Source of the DNA: Strigamia acuminata
Lineage: Eukaryota
Assembly: GCA_949358305.1 (NCBI GenBank)
Contig: OX442314.1
Span: 31,620,001-31,684,000 of the forward strand
Length of the DNA: 64,000 nt
Direction of reading: 5' to 3'
The notes beneath the pieces are model-generated. The model was given only the letters and a program-made list of their open reading frames with translations, was not told where the DNA came from and searched no databases. Position 1 is the stretch's first letter. Every line of letters starts with the position of its first letter. Both the position numbers and the translations under genes were made by a program. Of the stretch, positions 46,749 through 60,216 are shown piece after piece.

Positions 46749-49700
46749 TTATTCATTTTCATCCAATAAACCCGTCACAAAAGCAGCTGCTTGCCAGTGC
46801 AGCCCAGCTGGAAAATGCGTCTCCACCTCCCATTGAAACGCGTGCATATCAAACGAATGAATCGTTTTCCCCGCCAACTCGACCGCGTACAACTTCCTCT
46901 CTCCTGGCAATATACAACAAACCTTACTGGCGGTCAATTTCGTATTTTGAATCGGCAACCACTTATTCTTCCTCGTGTGAAAACGAAAAACAATATCCGG
47001 CTTCGAGATGCGCACCGCGTACAACTTGCTATCCACCGACGTCACCAAAGGATTCGTCATCAAAAAATGCGACGGCAACTCCACCAACAGCGACCACTGG
47101 TCAATTTCCGAGTCGTAACTCTCGCACGCTTTCGACACGACTTCGTGCACCGAATCCGCCGACACCGTGCCACCAATCGCGTAGAGCAATTTCCCCGAAG
47201 TGACCAAACAAACGTTCGTCCTCGCTATGCGCAGCGCCGCCACCAAATGCCATCGGTCCGATTTCGTGTCGTACCTTTCCACCTGAGCGATCGGTTTGTG
47301 GTAGCGACCGATTCCGCCCGCCACGTAAATCTTCCTCTTCAAATTCGCCACACCGGCGCCCACTCTGGCCACCAACAAATCCGAAGCGGGCACCAACATG
47401 TGCTCGCGACTCCGGTAAATGAAAACGCTGTTCGTCTTCCGAAACGAACCGTTCAGCAATCCGCCGATGTAATAAACATTCCCTTCGAAGAAACCCACCG
47501 AATAGTTGTTCTCGATGGGCGGCATGAGCAGTTGTCTCTGCGCCAACCAGCAACGTTTGCGCAGGCAATACACTTGCTGGGAAGCTTCGTTGTGTTTGTT
47601 GGTCGCCAGGAGAATCAAAAGCGGTCCTTCGTCTTGGAAATAGCGCGAATCTTTCTGCATTCCCATTTTAATAGTGGCAGAATCGAAAGCCGATTCCTCG
47701 TACCCGGACGAACGATCTTGATCTTGGCTCATGCTGCTCGGCGAATTGGAGTGTTGGTAGTTAATGTTTTCCATCTTTGTCGGGGCGTATTGCACTTTCT
47801 CCGTGTTGGCTTCTTGCAGGGGACATTCGGACAAGTGGGCGTAGTTCCTCGCCTGGAAACTGCTGTTGATGATCTGCGTTCTTGCGGTGTAGCTGGCCAC
47901 GTCTCTGTCTTTTGTCGTCAGTTCTGCCAGCTCCAAAATGGGGAAAGTCACCGACATCGACTCCTCGCAAGGCACAGGTGTTGGCATTGGCAAGTCTTCG
48001 TGGATCGTTAATTGCGGACTGGAGAACGGATTTGTTGCCGGGACGACCACGGAGAGCGAGGAAACTTGCAGCGACAGGTCCGGGGACGATCCCGAAGCGT
48101 GACTGAAACTCGAGTTGATTTGTTTCATCGTTTTGTTCTTTGGCAGATTGAAGATCCTGTTGTGCAAGGCGTTTCGCAGTTCTTCGTTCTCGGTCTGCGA
48201 GAGAGATTTCATCGCTTCGTTGTGCTCGTCCGTTGTTAAAGATTCGCTCACGTTCGGGGTGAAAGTGGAGATCGATTTCGCCTCCGTCTGGAACGAGCTG
48301 CTGGCAGATTTGGCGGTCGGTCTTGGACTGGGCTTGCAAGACGCCTCCAGCTTGGTTTTCCACATCTTCCAGATGTCGTTGGCTATGGGCATGGATTTCA
48401 TTTTGTTGTGCGTCGGCGTGACGAAGTTCTCCAGAGTTATGTTGAGCGTGTCGCTTGAGCGGGCGGTCGGCGCGTCGGTTTCCTCGTGGTTCGACGCCCG
48501 CTCGGCGAAACATTGGTAGCCGCCGTACTCGAACACGTTGTTGGTTTTGTCGAGCTTCAGTTCACCGATCGACAGACTCGCCAACGTTTCGTATTCGCTA
48601 TTGTCGGTGGATTTTGCAGCGGTTGACTTGGAGTTGTCCGTCGGGTGCTCGATATTGGAGTTGCTACTGTCGATTTTACTCATCGAGTCGTCCGACACTT
48701 TGAGCTTGCAAAGCGTTAAATGCTCGTTTTGCGCACAACCGTTATTCCCGCATCTGGAATCGGAGTCCAACGACCCCTCGGCACTCTTTATTTTCTCCGA
48801 TTTCCATTGCACACTGTTCGATCTGTCGTCACATATCTCCGCGTTTTCTTCGTTCCAAAGCGAATCCGATGAATTCCTGAATGTTTTCTGCCTACTCGAG
48901 AGGGCATTTGACGTCACGTTTGCGAGATAAACGGCAGTGTCCGCGTTGTTCATCAACTTCTGCTGTTGTATTATTTGGTTCGATATATTATCTTCGTCGT
49001 ACATTTGATCATTGACGCCACTGTCGATGTCGCAGTGAAACATATCGTCGGTCAAGCTCTTATCCAAATTATTCAACTCAGAATTGCTTAAATAATTCAT
49101 GTGATCAAGCGTGTGTGCATAATTATCTCTCGGTTCCTTCAAACTCCAAGAAGATTTGCATTTTTCTCCGAATTTCAACGGCGAGTCGCTTTTCACGCTC
49201 CGCAATTCGATGCTGGACGACCCCGTAAAATCGCAGATGGACGTCTCTTCCGGAATAGTGCTCAGAGTCCGAAACCACTCGGTCTGCGTCTCCAACAACC
49301 CGTCGTCCGTCGAAACGCTCTCGTTCATCGTGTCGGCTTCCGATATGTCCGAAAGAAAGTCGCAGTGGTCGCTGATGGCGTCCAGCGGGTCCACGTCGGT
49401 GCCGGAAATAATAAACGAGCGACTTCCCTTCAAGTTGATCTTCTCGACGTCCACCGGGTTCGAACACTTCGTGTGCATCAGTCGCTTAAACTTCTCCAAA
49501 CGACACCGCACCTCTTCCGGCGATATCAACGACTCGTTGCTCGTCGCTATTGGTCGCTTGAGCACCACCGAAGACCCCTTCTCGTCGCAACTTTTGTTGC
49601 TAGACGACTCCTGCGACGAATGGTAATACCTGACGCTAGAATCGTCGATGTCCCGCGCGTTGGTGTTGACGTTTTGCTTCTCCGACGCCCGGAAAGTGTC

Positions 49701-51572
49701 GCCCGTTTGGTTCTTATCCGGATCGTCGAGATTCAGGCTCAACTTCACGTCTGGATTCTCGTTCATTGGGTCGACGTTTTCGATAGGAAGCACGTTGGAG
49801 ATCGTACGACACCTCCCGGACCCTGGACTGCGCAAGTTCGTCGCGCATTCGACGTAATTTCCGGACGTAAAGTCCTCGTTTGCTCTGATGAAATCGCCGT
49901 CCGTGAAGGTCGCGTCGGAGCGTTTGCTGCAGACACTACTTCCGTCTTCCGATGCGGGAGCGTTGGGGTATTGCGACACCGTGTTCTTCTGCAACGTGCA
50001 GCGGATTCGATTGATGATCAAGTTCAATTTCGATTTGAGTTTCATTATCTGGATTCTTTCTTCGGAGAACTGGTTCACTTCCTCGTGGCTCGTCTCCACG
50101 GCGCTCTTGGGCGGCTCCGAGTCGATCTGGATCGAATAAACCCTGATGGGTTTCTTGAATTTCTTCAGCAGTTCGCTGGCGACCGCTGTCGGCGGCAACA
50201 GTCGGGTTTTCAGGAATTCGTTGCTCAGATTATTCGAACCGTAGTCGACGAGAGACGCTTTTGTTTTCTCGTCGCCGTTCCCGGACGCATCGCCGGGCTT
50301 GGAAACGGGCGCCACGATTTGAGATTCGATCTCGATTTGTTTCACGATTTGCTCGGTGTCTCTTTCCGCTTCGAGTTTGGTGGTTGAAAAATGGCCGAGG
50401 GAACCCAAACTTTCTTCGATGGCAGCGTCGAGGTCCGCTTCGGTCGCAATTTGGTAATCCCCGTGCTGCAGACTGAAGTCGAAATCTTTCTGCGATAACG
50501 ACATTTCGCTCAAGCAGCCGTCGTCTAGTTTGACCGGTTTTTTCTTCCACGTGCGAATAACTTTGTCGTTTTTCTCGCTGCGGTAGCTCGAGAGGGACAC
50601 TTGGCTGCTGCGACTGCCGGTGGTGTCTTTGATGGACGTCTTTTTCCCTCTGTCCCGCTTGAAGTTGGGACTGCAAGACTTTCTTCTGTTCGGCGCGAGT
50701 AGAAAATTCTGTAGTTCCACGTCATAGAATGCGATCGCCTTTGTTTTGGCCGACACGGTCACTTTGGCCACTGTCAGCAGACTCGTCGCGTATCTTTCCC
50801 GCGTGCTCACGTCGTGCAGCACCCATTTTTGAATGGCTTCGAGTGTCATGGCCTCGGCTTGCGTCTTTAAACACTCGCTCGACAAAACGGCCACTAGTTG
50901 CGGGAGTGTGAGGTTGACAAAATGGCGGTTGTTCATGCACGGTTCTAAATTTTGAGCGATGTATTTGGCGATTTCGACGCTCATGTCCTGAAAAATGACA
51001 TAAATAGTAAATAATTAATTAGTTTTAAGTTTAATATCTTTGATTTCACTCACTTTCATTTGATATAAATCAGCCAGAGACCACAATTCGGAGTAATAAT
51101 TCGGAGCTAGTGATTTCATCATTAGACGGAGTCGATGTTGGTAAACATCCGCCATGTCCAGGTGGTGCAGTGCTCGGATTAGGGCGTCCTGATTGATTTT
51201 CACGAATCGGTTAACGTTAAGAAGTCCCGTGTAAATGTAATCCAAAATAATTTTCAAAATTTCAGGCGTGATGTCCGTCATAGCTAAATGCTTCACATCT
51301 TTCTGGAGTTTCAAAGAAATTGTTAATTTTACCGATTTACCGATTTGACAGCGTGCTTATACCTTTAGTTTGTTGGTAAATATGTTGTAAAAATATCCAC
51401 TGCTGGCTACTAAAATGATTTTGTGGGCTTTGAACGTCTGCGAGCCACAAACGATGGTTACGTCGGACAAGAGTCCGGTGTCTCGTAATTGTAATAGCGA
51501 TGATTCCAAATACATTGCGTGCTCGCAATTGGAAACGGGTTTCGGCGAAGTAATCACCGAGCGTGTACTCAT
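46749..51572 (-). CDS. Host BTB-BACK-Kelch (KLHL-like) protein, ~1565 aa; exons 51572-51363, 51302-51054, 50987-46749
   Basis: BTB (LSDVTIVCGSQTFKAHKIILVASSGYF; ILDYIYTG), BACK (FVNLTLPQLVAVLSSECL..AIQKWVLHD) and Kelch GG repeats (YYIGG, IYVAGG, LYAIGG). Two phase-0 GT-AG introns of 60 and 66 nt. An acceptor upstream of the ATG suggests another 5' exon. Confidence 0.9.
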
Positions 51573-53014
51573 GTCGAGTGGTTTCTGGAAAAATAAAATG
51601 CTTAAAAAACCCGACAGTCTTGATTGGAACGGTGAAACTATTAAATTATTCAATGTGTCAACAGATGGGCGATCAGTAACAATTGAATAACTATTCTATT
51701 GCTAAGGGAGATGGATAAAAAATAGAAAATAAACAATGTAGTAAACAATACAGAACGACAATTTTATTCATTCATTTATTTATATACTACAATTATTTCT
51801 AAAAAAATTATTTGTAAAATTACTCTCAAATAGACTGAACATGGCACAATTCGAGAAAAACTTCACTGCAAATTAAAAACTAACATTTTTCCCACAATAA
51901 TCCGGCGATCCGTTTTGACTACGAAAGAAAATGTATTCAAATTAGTGATTTTTGATTTTATATGTCTTGTGCATGAAATTTCAATTGCGACATTCGCTTA
52001 CGGGAAATCCGAGTTAGATAATCAGCTGCAGACAGGTCGCAGCAGTCTGAAAGAATCCGGAGTCCTTGTGGAGAAATTCGGGTTGAAACAGTCCTGAGAA
52101 ATACTAAAATAAAGGTTTTTAATACGTTATTCGAGATAAATCGCCGTGGAAAATACTTATCTAGTGAAATCGGTGATTTTCCGGAGAGAAACGGGCCATA
52201 ACAAAAGATGGTTGCGGGCTCAGGTGCTTGCCAGTCTGGAAAATAAGTGATCAGTGGTTGTTTAATTAATACGGTTTAGATTAGTTCAATACCTGTTATA
52301 GCGACGTCACGTCTAAAATTCAGTGCAGCGATTGTGGGATCCGTGGTTCCATGCTAAAACACAGAATAGTGCTAAAAAGGCGTTATGATGGTTTGTTTCG
52401 GTCATCGTCGCTTGAATTATTCAAAGTGAACGTTACTTGGCTGATTCGAACTCGTAACTTCGTTATTCGTGTCGATATGTCGTTCATTCCAAGTGTTTTC
52501 GAGTAAGGGATTGGATTATATCGCGACGTTGTCCTCCTCGTTTCAGCGGGAGTGCATCGTTGATCGATTGCTCGCTCCTGGCGCAGTCAAAAGTTATTCG
52601 TTATTCTCATACATTGGGTCGATTAAAATATATTTGGCTTGTTCATAACCTTACCTGGACATTTACAGGGGGTAATTGAGTATGGAACTTTAATATCAGA
52701 GGCTGTCAGTTCAATTGGAGACGTCCTTCGGGTCGTATTAAGTGTGAGTTGTCAGCTCGGCACAGTTCGCTTCTTCATGGTCAGCCATGTTTGGGGCGTT
52801 GCCGCCTCAAGTGGTCGTTGACTTTCCGCTTGCCTCGACTATATCAAGAAAGGAATGAGTAATTATTCTTAGGATTTTTTTAGAATCAAATAGTTCATAT
52901 TGGGTAACGTCTAATTATTCAAGTTGGACTTTTAGTCTCAAGATTCTACTTGGCCGCCATTTCTTTCGGGTTTTAGAGTTATTGCTATACTATTCGCCCT
53001 TCAATTTCTGTTTT

Positions 53015-53644
53015 TGTGAGTGTTCGGACGGACGCCACGTGGTCTGGGGAGGACCGCGAGGCGCTGGACGCAACACACACGATGATTAAATCCACGAAAT
53101 ACACGAAAGACACAAGTTTAGGTTTTGGTTATTACTTTATTGTTGTCTAGGGGTATGATATGGTGTCTCAAGGTGTATTTCCCAAATGTAATAGCGGTTT
53201 TGCCGCTATTCCTGATTGACCACGTGTCACGGCAATCGGTAGATCGCCATGACACGCGAGATCGGTTTTACGCAGTTTGTGCCGCGTCGTCGCAACGTTC
53301 TTACGAACGTGCGGCGAACACGGCGTGTTGGACGCTCAGGTCCCGACCGGCGACAGCATTGCTGCGTCGGTCCTTCGGGTCTCAACTACGATCGGCATTG
53401 CGAAGAAGGTCGGAAAGCGACCGTTCGCCATGCTGGTCAAGAATCAACTGTCGGGCTACTGCGGGGCCCACCACTTCCGGAAGGGGCACTTCCGGTTCCC
53501 AATTGGCCGGAGCCAACGACCGACAGCTCCACCTGGTGCGGGGGACCGCGCCAGGTCGCGCACGAGAAACACGAGGTGCGCGAGAGCTTGGAAGCGCCGT
53601 GTGTCGCAGTGAAGTGACACAGGCTGAGTGAACAGCTGGTCACA
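53015..53644 (-). repeat. 3' LTR of element B (630 bp)
   Basis: TGTGACCAGCTG...CCGTCCGAACACTCACA termini shared with the A/C LTR; follows a GGGGGGGGAGA PPT. Confidence 0.88.
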
Positions 53645-54027
53645 TCTCCCCCCCCTAAAAAGAGGTAATTCTTAGAAGGAGAACTGACAACACACTTCAC
53701 GAAAGTGGTTTGAAAAGTTAATTGTATATTACTTCTCTTTTTACAGGAAAACACTGCGGGAAACACACACTCAAGGACCACACTTACCCCTAGGATGAAA
53801 AACAGAAAATTTGAAATACACTGTATAATAAATAATTTGTAAAAAAACACTTTGTAAATTTTGAACATGAATAAAATGTTATTTGAATTTAAACTTATAA
53901 CTCGTGGTTATTTAATGTAAAAACTTTAAAGGTAAGTTGAAAATAAAATAAATGTGAAAAAACTTGTAGTTGTACAATAAAAACACTTGTTGTAGGTCTA
54001 AAGAGACCTGGACGAGACTCTTCGATT

Positions 54028-54939
54028 TCACTCTTTCGGCTCCAACGACTTTCCGGGCGTCACTGGCAATTCGTCGAGTTGATCTATCTCTTCCTGGCGA
54101 ATCGGTGACATATTCTCTGCCAGTCCTCGTTGCGTTTTCGTCTGGTGGCGGCGCGCTCTCTTTTCCCGATTCTCATCGGCGATGGACTTCGACTTCGGCG
54201 CAGAACTCTCTTCGGGCTCTGGCACCTGGATCGTTGTGTCCACATCTTCAATGATCATCGGCGTGACCTCAGCGTCGCCGCCAAAAACGAGATCTGTCGG
54301 GACATCGCCGGATATTGGTGGCATCTCGACAGCTGTCGATGTCTCTGGTGCGGCAGCGAGCAGTTCGCTTGCTGGTTGCAGCGGTGAGCTCGCCGTTGGG
54401 AAAACGAACGAGTTTGTGACATTTCAAGCCTCGGTTGGGGCTGTCGATGATAAAGGGAGAAGTGGGGCAGGTAATTTTTGGCTCCAAATCCCTTTCAATT
54501 CTTCCGGAGTTTTCTCCGTCGGTTTTAATTTTGGTGAAACAGTCTTGGCTGTCTCGCTCGTGATTGTTGCCGCCGCCGGTGTTTTTGACCTGGTATTGGC
54601 GGTGGCGTTTGTGTGCCGTTGGTAATCGGCCAATTTTCGTAATTGACGACGCTTTTTGGCTTCGTCTTTTACTTCTTTCTCACTCCAAGTTGGATGTTCC
54701 GTATGGACAGCCAAACGAAGTTCCAGCAGCTCTGTGGAAATGTTAGTTTCCATAGAACTTGCCATTGGGTTTTCGAGTGTGGAAGGGGTTTTTGACCCAC
54801 TTCCTTTGTTAATTGGTTTAATTGTCGAGTTTTTGCTCGACTTTTCTGCCAAAGTTTTCGTATTGATCATCGAGTTATTGCTCGGGATCGCTACTTGTGA
54901 TTGGGTTTTGGATGACGAATTTTTGTTCGACATCCTCAC
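54028..54939 (-). pseudogene. ORF3 homologue of element B
   Basis: NISTELLELRLAVHTEHPTWSEKEV, EKTPEELKGIW, PTDLVFGG and TPGKSL match ORF3 of A. Confidence 0.8.
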
Positions 54940-56504
54940 CTTTTTCCTTGGTGGTTAGTCGAGCAGTTTTCTCGGTGGTCTTCGAATTCTTTGAGGCCGA
55001 CCGGAAATTTGTTGTGACTTCGGCCAAGTGTTTGTAGTTTGATGTGCAACTACATTTGGCGAAGGTAAAACCACATTTTGGTTCAAAATATTCAATGGTT
55101 GCGCCGGTATTAGCAATTTGGTTGCTGTACTGGCGTTTTTTGGTCGTGCTGGAGTTGGCAACTTAGTTGTTACTCCAGTATTCAAAGGTTGTGTTGAAAT
55201 TGGCAATTTTGTTGTCAATTCAGCATCCCTTGGTTGATTTTCAGGGACTTCAATATCTCCTGAGTTTTCACAATGTTGTAAAACCATTTGTATTGGTCAC
55301 TTTAGTGATTATACCTGGTTCTTTGAAAAGGTCTTTGCGAGACGTAGCTAATGGTATAGCTATTTTTCTCAAGGGGTGGATTTTTAGCGTGTGGTGACCT
55401 CAAATATTCGTATCTGAGTGCTCACCATATTTCCTAATTCGTGGTGCTGCAGTTGCTTTCTGTGCTTTTCAGCATCCTATTTACAAAAACAACTAACTTA
55501 GTCTTTAAAACAAAGCATCTTGGTCATCCATTTGCAGAAAGACTGCTTCGAGCCAGCTGCTACTTTTGCATCCGTAAGGGTGACAAAGTGCGAGCGAATC
55601 AGGCAGAGACAGCATAATTCTTTCTGCAAATTGGTTCTCAAACTCAAATGCAGATGCATTTCTTCTGACTGCTGCTGTTTTCACCTCGTGGGACATTCCT
55701 TTTTTAAAAATGTCTGCCACCACAGGTCTAACAACTTTCATTTGTAGTGAGTGTAATTGTTCATGAGAGAGGGATTAGGGATGTCACTTCCCCCCCTGTT
55801 CTCTCATTGGTAGTGAATTTATTTAATTTTGTGGAATTAAATTCTCAGAGATCCCACGATTTTCGAAAAAACCTTTGAAAATCAAATCTTTCCCGAAAAA
55901 TCTGTGATCACCACATGTTTTTTCCACTGTTTCCTGGTCGCCATTTTGTATTTTTACGAAAAACCAACAATATTGACCAAATAAATGCCAAAATTTCTCC
56001 ATTTCTGAAGAAAAGCAACATTTTTTGAAAGCAAATAGAAATTTGTTTGGAACTAGAAGTTCAGAACCAGATCAAATATTGGTCTGATTCCATGAGAACA
56101 TGACTTTTGTGCCCTAAAAAGGCACGAAATCGTGTCCAAAGAACTTCTAAATTTTCAAACCAGAGACTTTTATCGTTGTTTTGCAACAAATAAATTTAAC
56201 CGCGTTGGTGCGCAGATAAAAAAAACAATCCTTGTCGCATTGCAACAAAGAGTAGTCAGCATCCAGTCAGAATCTGCTTGGACTTTGTCATTTTTGGGTT
56301 ATAACTCCCATTAGACTCAGTCATAAATCGAGAAAAGAAAAAAAAATCAATCTTCTCTGGGCATAGGAAAAACGGTTTCAATGTGCTAGCCATCGATTCA
56401 ATTTCACCTAGATCTTGGAGGAGCTCTGTCATGGACTCAATCATAAATGATGATGTCCAAATTCAGGCAAGAGTCCATGTTCTGTGCAGTTTCTAGAACT
56501 TTGT

Positions 56505-57806
56505 TTATCGTCCTCTAAAATGCACAAGATGTATTACACAAACTGAAAGGCACACAAGCAATCCAGTATGTTTCATCAAAGTTTGAAAAAACAGTCTTGT
56601 TCTCTCAACTTTTGAAGTTGCTATCGCTTCCTCATTAAGGATCGAAGCTTCTGTTGCTACACAAGCTTTTCTGAGAGATGTCCACGTAAATTCCGCATGT
56701 AATGCAGCACGTGCCATGTCTCTTGCCGCCGGTCGCAAAATAGTCAAAACTTTACGGAGTTGTAGGCTCTCATGGACCGGGATAGCCAGCTGTGTATACA
56801 ACCTCTCCAATCTGAACACTACTTGAGTGGCAGACTCATGTGATGCCTGTTGCATCTTGTCTATTTCAGCCAGTAACAATGCGTCGCTTGGCCTAAAATG
56901 TAGGAGGAAATCGCTCTCAAATTCTTGCCAAGTATTTTTAGCAGTCAAAGAGAACCATGTTCCTGCTTCTTCTTTGAAAAACTTAAATAGATGCTCTTTG
57001 AGCACCTGGTTGATAGAAGGTTCTGCAAAAGCAAGAGCCCCTTTCAAATCCATTAAGAAGTCGTGAGCTTCCATTTTGTTACCGAGAAACGGTTCCAAAC
57101 AGATGGCATTCACGCGCTTACTCAATTCAAAATTGCTTAAAGTGCGTGATACTGTTATCGCGTCTTTGGGTTTAAAGTCGCCTAATGGTTTGTCTACTCC
57201 TTGGCCGATGGTATTAACCCAGGCCAAAAAAGTCGGATTTGTAGTAACTGCTTGTGGTGTTACGTTTTGCGTATTGCCGTTCACAATTACTGGTTGGCTT
57301 GAATGTGTGCACGACACAACTGTTTTTGCAGCGGTCGCCACTTTGTCGGCTTCGACCATTGCTTGGCCCGCCGCTGTCACGTTGTCCATGACTGATTTCT
57401 GTTGGGTTAACAGGTCGGACAAGGTTTTTATTGATCGCAAATGGGTTTGATTTGCTATTTCCGTTTCTTTGAGACGGCTGGTTAGGTCGTCAATTTCTGC
57501 GGAAAGGTCCGCTGATTGTCGTTTTGCAACATCAGCTTCATGTTCGATTTCCACTGTACGGTTGGCCACTGCAAGCAGCGCGCTTTCCCATACAGCGTAC
57601 GTGGTAATATTTTCAATTTTTAGATCGAAAATTTCACATGTCGTCTCAAGCATTGCTTGATCCAACGGTTTATTACCTCCATTCGCCATTTCTTCTTCGA
57701 TTGTCAAATTCAGGGATGAATCGTTCGAATCGGCGTCGGAATCTTCTTCTCTTGTAACGGTTTTGGTCGCTTGGCGATTTCCACGTGGGCTTGCCTGATC
57801 TGGTGT
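56505..57806 (-). pseudogene. gag: gag of element B, truncated and interrupted at its 5' end by copy C
   Basis: LDQAMLETTC, ELSKRV, EHLFKFF, HFRPSDALLLAEI and SHESATQVV are shared with Gag A. Confidence 0.9.
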
Positions 57807-58429
57807 TGTGAGTGTTCGGACGGACGCCACGTGGTCGGGGGAGAGCCACGGAGGCGCTGGACGCAACACACACGATAAAACAAACCACGAAATACACGGA
57901 GACACAATATAGTTTTAGTTATGGCTTTATTAGATGTCTAGGGGTATGATTGTAGTGTCCCATAGTGTATTTCCCAAGGCGGCGGTTCCTTCGAACCGTC
58001 CCTAATCAGACCGCGTGGCACGGCGGCCATCGGCCGCCATGACACACGAGGTCGGTAATCGGTTTTGGGCCACGCCGCCGAAGTTACGGTTAACGTCCGG
58101 CGGACGTGGCGCAACTGGACGCTCAGGTCCCGGCGGGCGATATCATCGCCACGCCGATAGTTTGGGTTATCTCAATAGCCAGTTTTGGAGGCGGTCGCAA
58201 CACGACCGTTCGCCTTGCTGGTTGATCAACAACTCTCTTGTCCCTACGGGGACCAACCACTTCCGGAAGGGCGACTTCCGGGGCCCGATCCTGCTTGACC
58301 AAAGGCCCGCAGCTCCACCTGGTTGCGGGGAACCGCAACAGGCTGCGCGAGATACGAGAGGCGCTGGAGCTGCGCCAAGTGCATTGCCGTTGCAGTGCAG
58401 CGACCCGTGCGCAGGGGCAGCTGGTCACA
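57807..58429 (-). repeat. 3' LTR of copy C (623 bp)
   Basis: About 3 differences from LTR A seen by eye; PPT at 58430-58441. Confidence 0.93.
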
Positions 58430-58923
58430 TTTCCCCCCCCTGGAAAAAGGTAAGTACGAGGGGGTACAACGCAATCACTGAAGTGGTTGTTGAAAGTTAA
58501 CACATCGCATTACTTTTCTTTTTTCAGATTATCAGATTACCATATTTCGGACGAGCCATCAGCTAGAACGAAGATCACCGGTAGGAATGCACTTGGGAAA
58601 ATAACAACACTACAAAGGAACACATACACACTTACCCCCAGGATGGAAAACTTGTACAATTTAAACACTATTGAAAAATAAAAATGTAAAATAACACTTG
58701 TAATTTAAAAATATATATGAATAAAAAACACTTTTTGAACTTTAAAATCTAACATTTGTAGTTATTGAATCCATTTAACATTTAAAAGGTAAGTATGCTA
58801 ATTTTAACACTTTGGAATAATAATAAAAAAAAACTTGTTTTGACAATAAAAAAAATTATTTCTGGCACTATAAAAGTCTTAACAGGCTTGGCCAAAATCT
58901 CCTTTAAAACGACGGCGAAAACT

Positions 58924-60216
58924 TCACTGCAGCGATTTCCCCGGTGTGGGTGGCGTATCGTCGGTTTTTGGCTCTTCTTCAGTTTTGTCGTCGACGAATT
59001 CTTCTGCTAGCTTCTTGCGTGACTTCTTATTCGACTTCTTTTTCACGGCGGTAGCTTTGGGCTCGGGAACGACTGGCGGTGGTGGTGGCGGTGTGTGCGA
59101 CTCCTCGTTCGGTGCGCCGTCAATCTGCATCGCGGTCTCGATCGTTGCTTCGGTGGTGACTACATTGTTGTCGCAAACTGGTGGAGGATCCGCGAATCCC
59201 TGGAACACGACGTTCGTCGGGCGTTCTCCAACCATCGGCGGCATAATGACAGCCGGCGTCGCCGCTGTATTGGCACCAAACATCGTTTGCGGTAGTTGGC
59301 AGGCCGCTGGAAAAGCGATTGCGGCCGCCGTGGCTTTGGTCGGGATCAGGTTCACAATACCTTGGATTGGTTGAGGACCGTACTGTCCCGCCCAAGCTGT
59401 TCGTAGCTCATCGGGAGCTTTTTCCGTTTGAGCTGGGATTTTCTTAACGAGTGCGCGTGGCGCATTCGATGTGATTGTGGCCGATGGCGCAGTCAATTGC
59501 TGATGAGCCGCTTTCTCGGCGTCTCTTTTCGCCATTCGGTCCTTATGGTCCGCGTGTTTTTTCGCTCTGTACCGAATTTTTGCTTCGGTATTCACGCTTC
59601 GTTCACTCAACGTGGGATTTTCGATCGCCACGAGCCGTCTCATTTCCAGCAATTTCTCCGAAATGTTTGGACGGGCGGTCGGTGGTTGGTGAGGAGCTTG
59701 GGCGGTCGGTGGTTGGTGAGGAGCTTGGGCGACGGTACTTTGTACGGTCGCTTTTGTCTCCTCGGCAGCCTTCTTTTTAAGCACAAATGGCTTATGTGGC
59801 GGACGAAGAACCTTCTGCGACGTCGTCGCTGCGGGTTTCTTCGTAGAGATATTAGTAGAGGCAGTCGGCGGCGGTTGAGAGCGTACGCTCTTCGTTGCCG
59901 TTTTCTGTCTTTTCTTTGGGGGTTCCGTCGGTGTGGCATTCGCCACACGCGCTTGTTCCCTGTCTGCGATTTCCTTCTCGCGTTCTGCGCGCGATCGGAC
60001 GCGCATCCAGTTAATATGTCGGTGGTGCAGCGGAATCGGCTGACCGGGCAGCGTCATGAACATGACAAACCATTCTTCGAGTGGTTGATCCGTCAGCACG
60101 ATTTCGTCTCCGCCGCAGTTCATGCACGGGATTCGCGATAGATTCCACAGTGTGATGTAGCCGAAGCCGTTGCATACTGGGCACTGGACCCATTCGTTGT
60201 TTCGGTGATTTTCCAT
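58924..60216 (-). CDS. ORF3 of copy C (430 aa)
   Basis: Same protein as 7066-8331 plus an in-frame 27-bp duplication (AQAPHQPPT). Confidence 0.8.
   Translation of the reverse strand: MENHRNNEWVQCPVCNGFGYITLWNLSRIPCMNCGGDEIVLTDQPLEEWFVMFMTLPGQPIPLHHRHINWMRVRSRAEREKEIADREQARVANATPTEPPKKRQKTATKSVRSQPPPTASTNISTKKPAATTSQKVLRPPHKPFVLKKKAAEETKATVQSTVAQAPHQPPTAQAPHQPPTARPNISEKLLEMRRLVAIENPTLSERSVNTEAKIRYRAKKHADHKDRMAKRDAEKAAHQQLTAPSATITSNAPRALVKKIPAQTEKAPDELRTAWAGQYGPQPIQGIVNLIPTKATAAAIAFPAACQLPQTMFGANTAATPAVIMPPMVGERPTNVVFQGFADPPPVCDNNVVTTEATIETAMQIDGAPNEESHTPPPPPPVVPEPKATAVKKKSNKKSRKKLAEEFVDDKTEEEPKTDDTPPTPGKSLQ

Larger units (their letters stand above)
53015..57806 (-). mobile_element. Gypsy element B: older, deleted and rearranged relative of A/C
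   Basis: gag homologue 56505-57806; RT remnants ~56260-56500 and ~55500-55680; pol tail ~54955-55400; frameshifted ORF3 54028-54939; PPT 53645-53655; LTR. Confidence 0.88.

Noticed and set aside
46791..50387. 406-aa and 428-aa plus-strand ORFs
   Set aside because: Antisense shadows of the GC-rich Kelch exon; no motifs.
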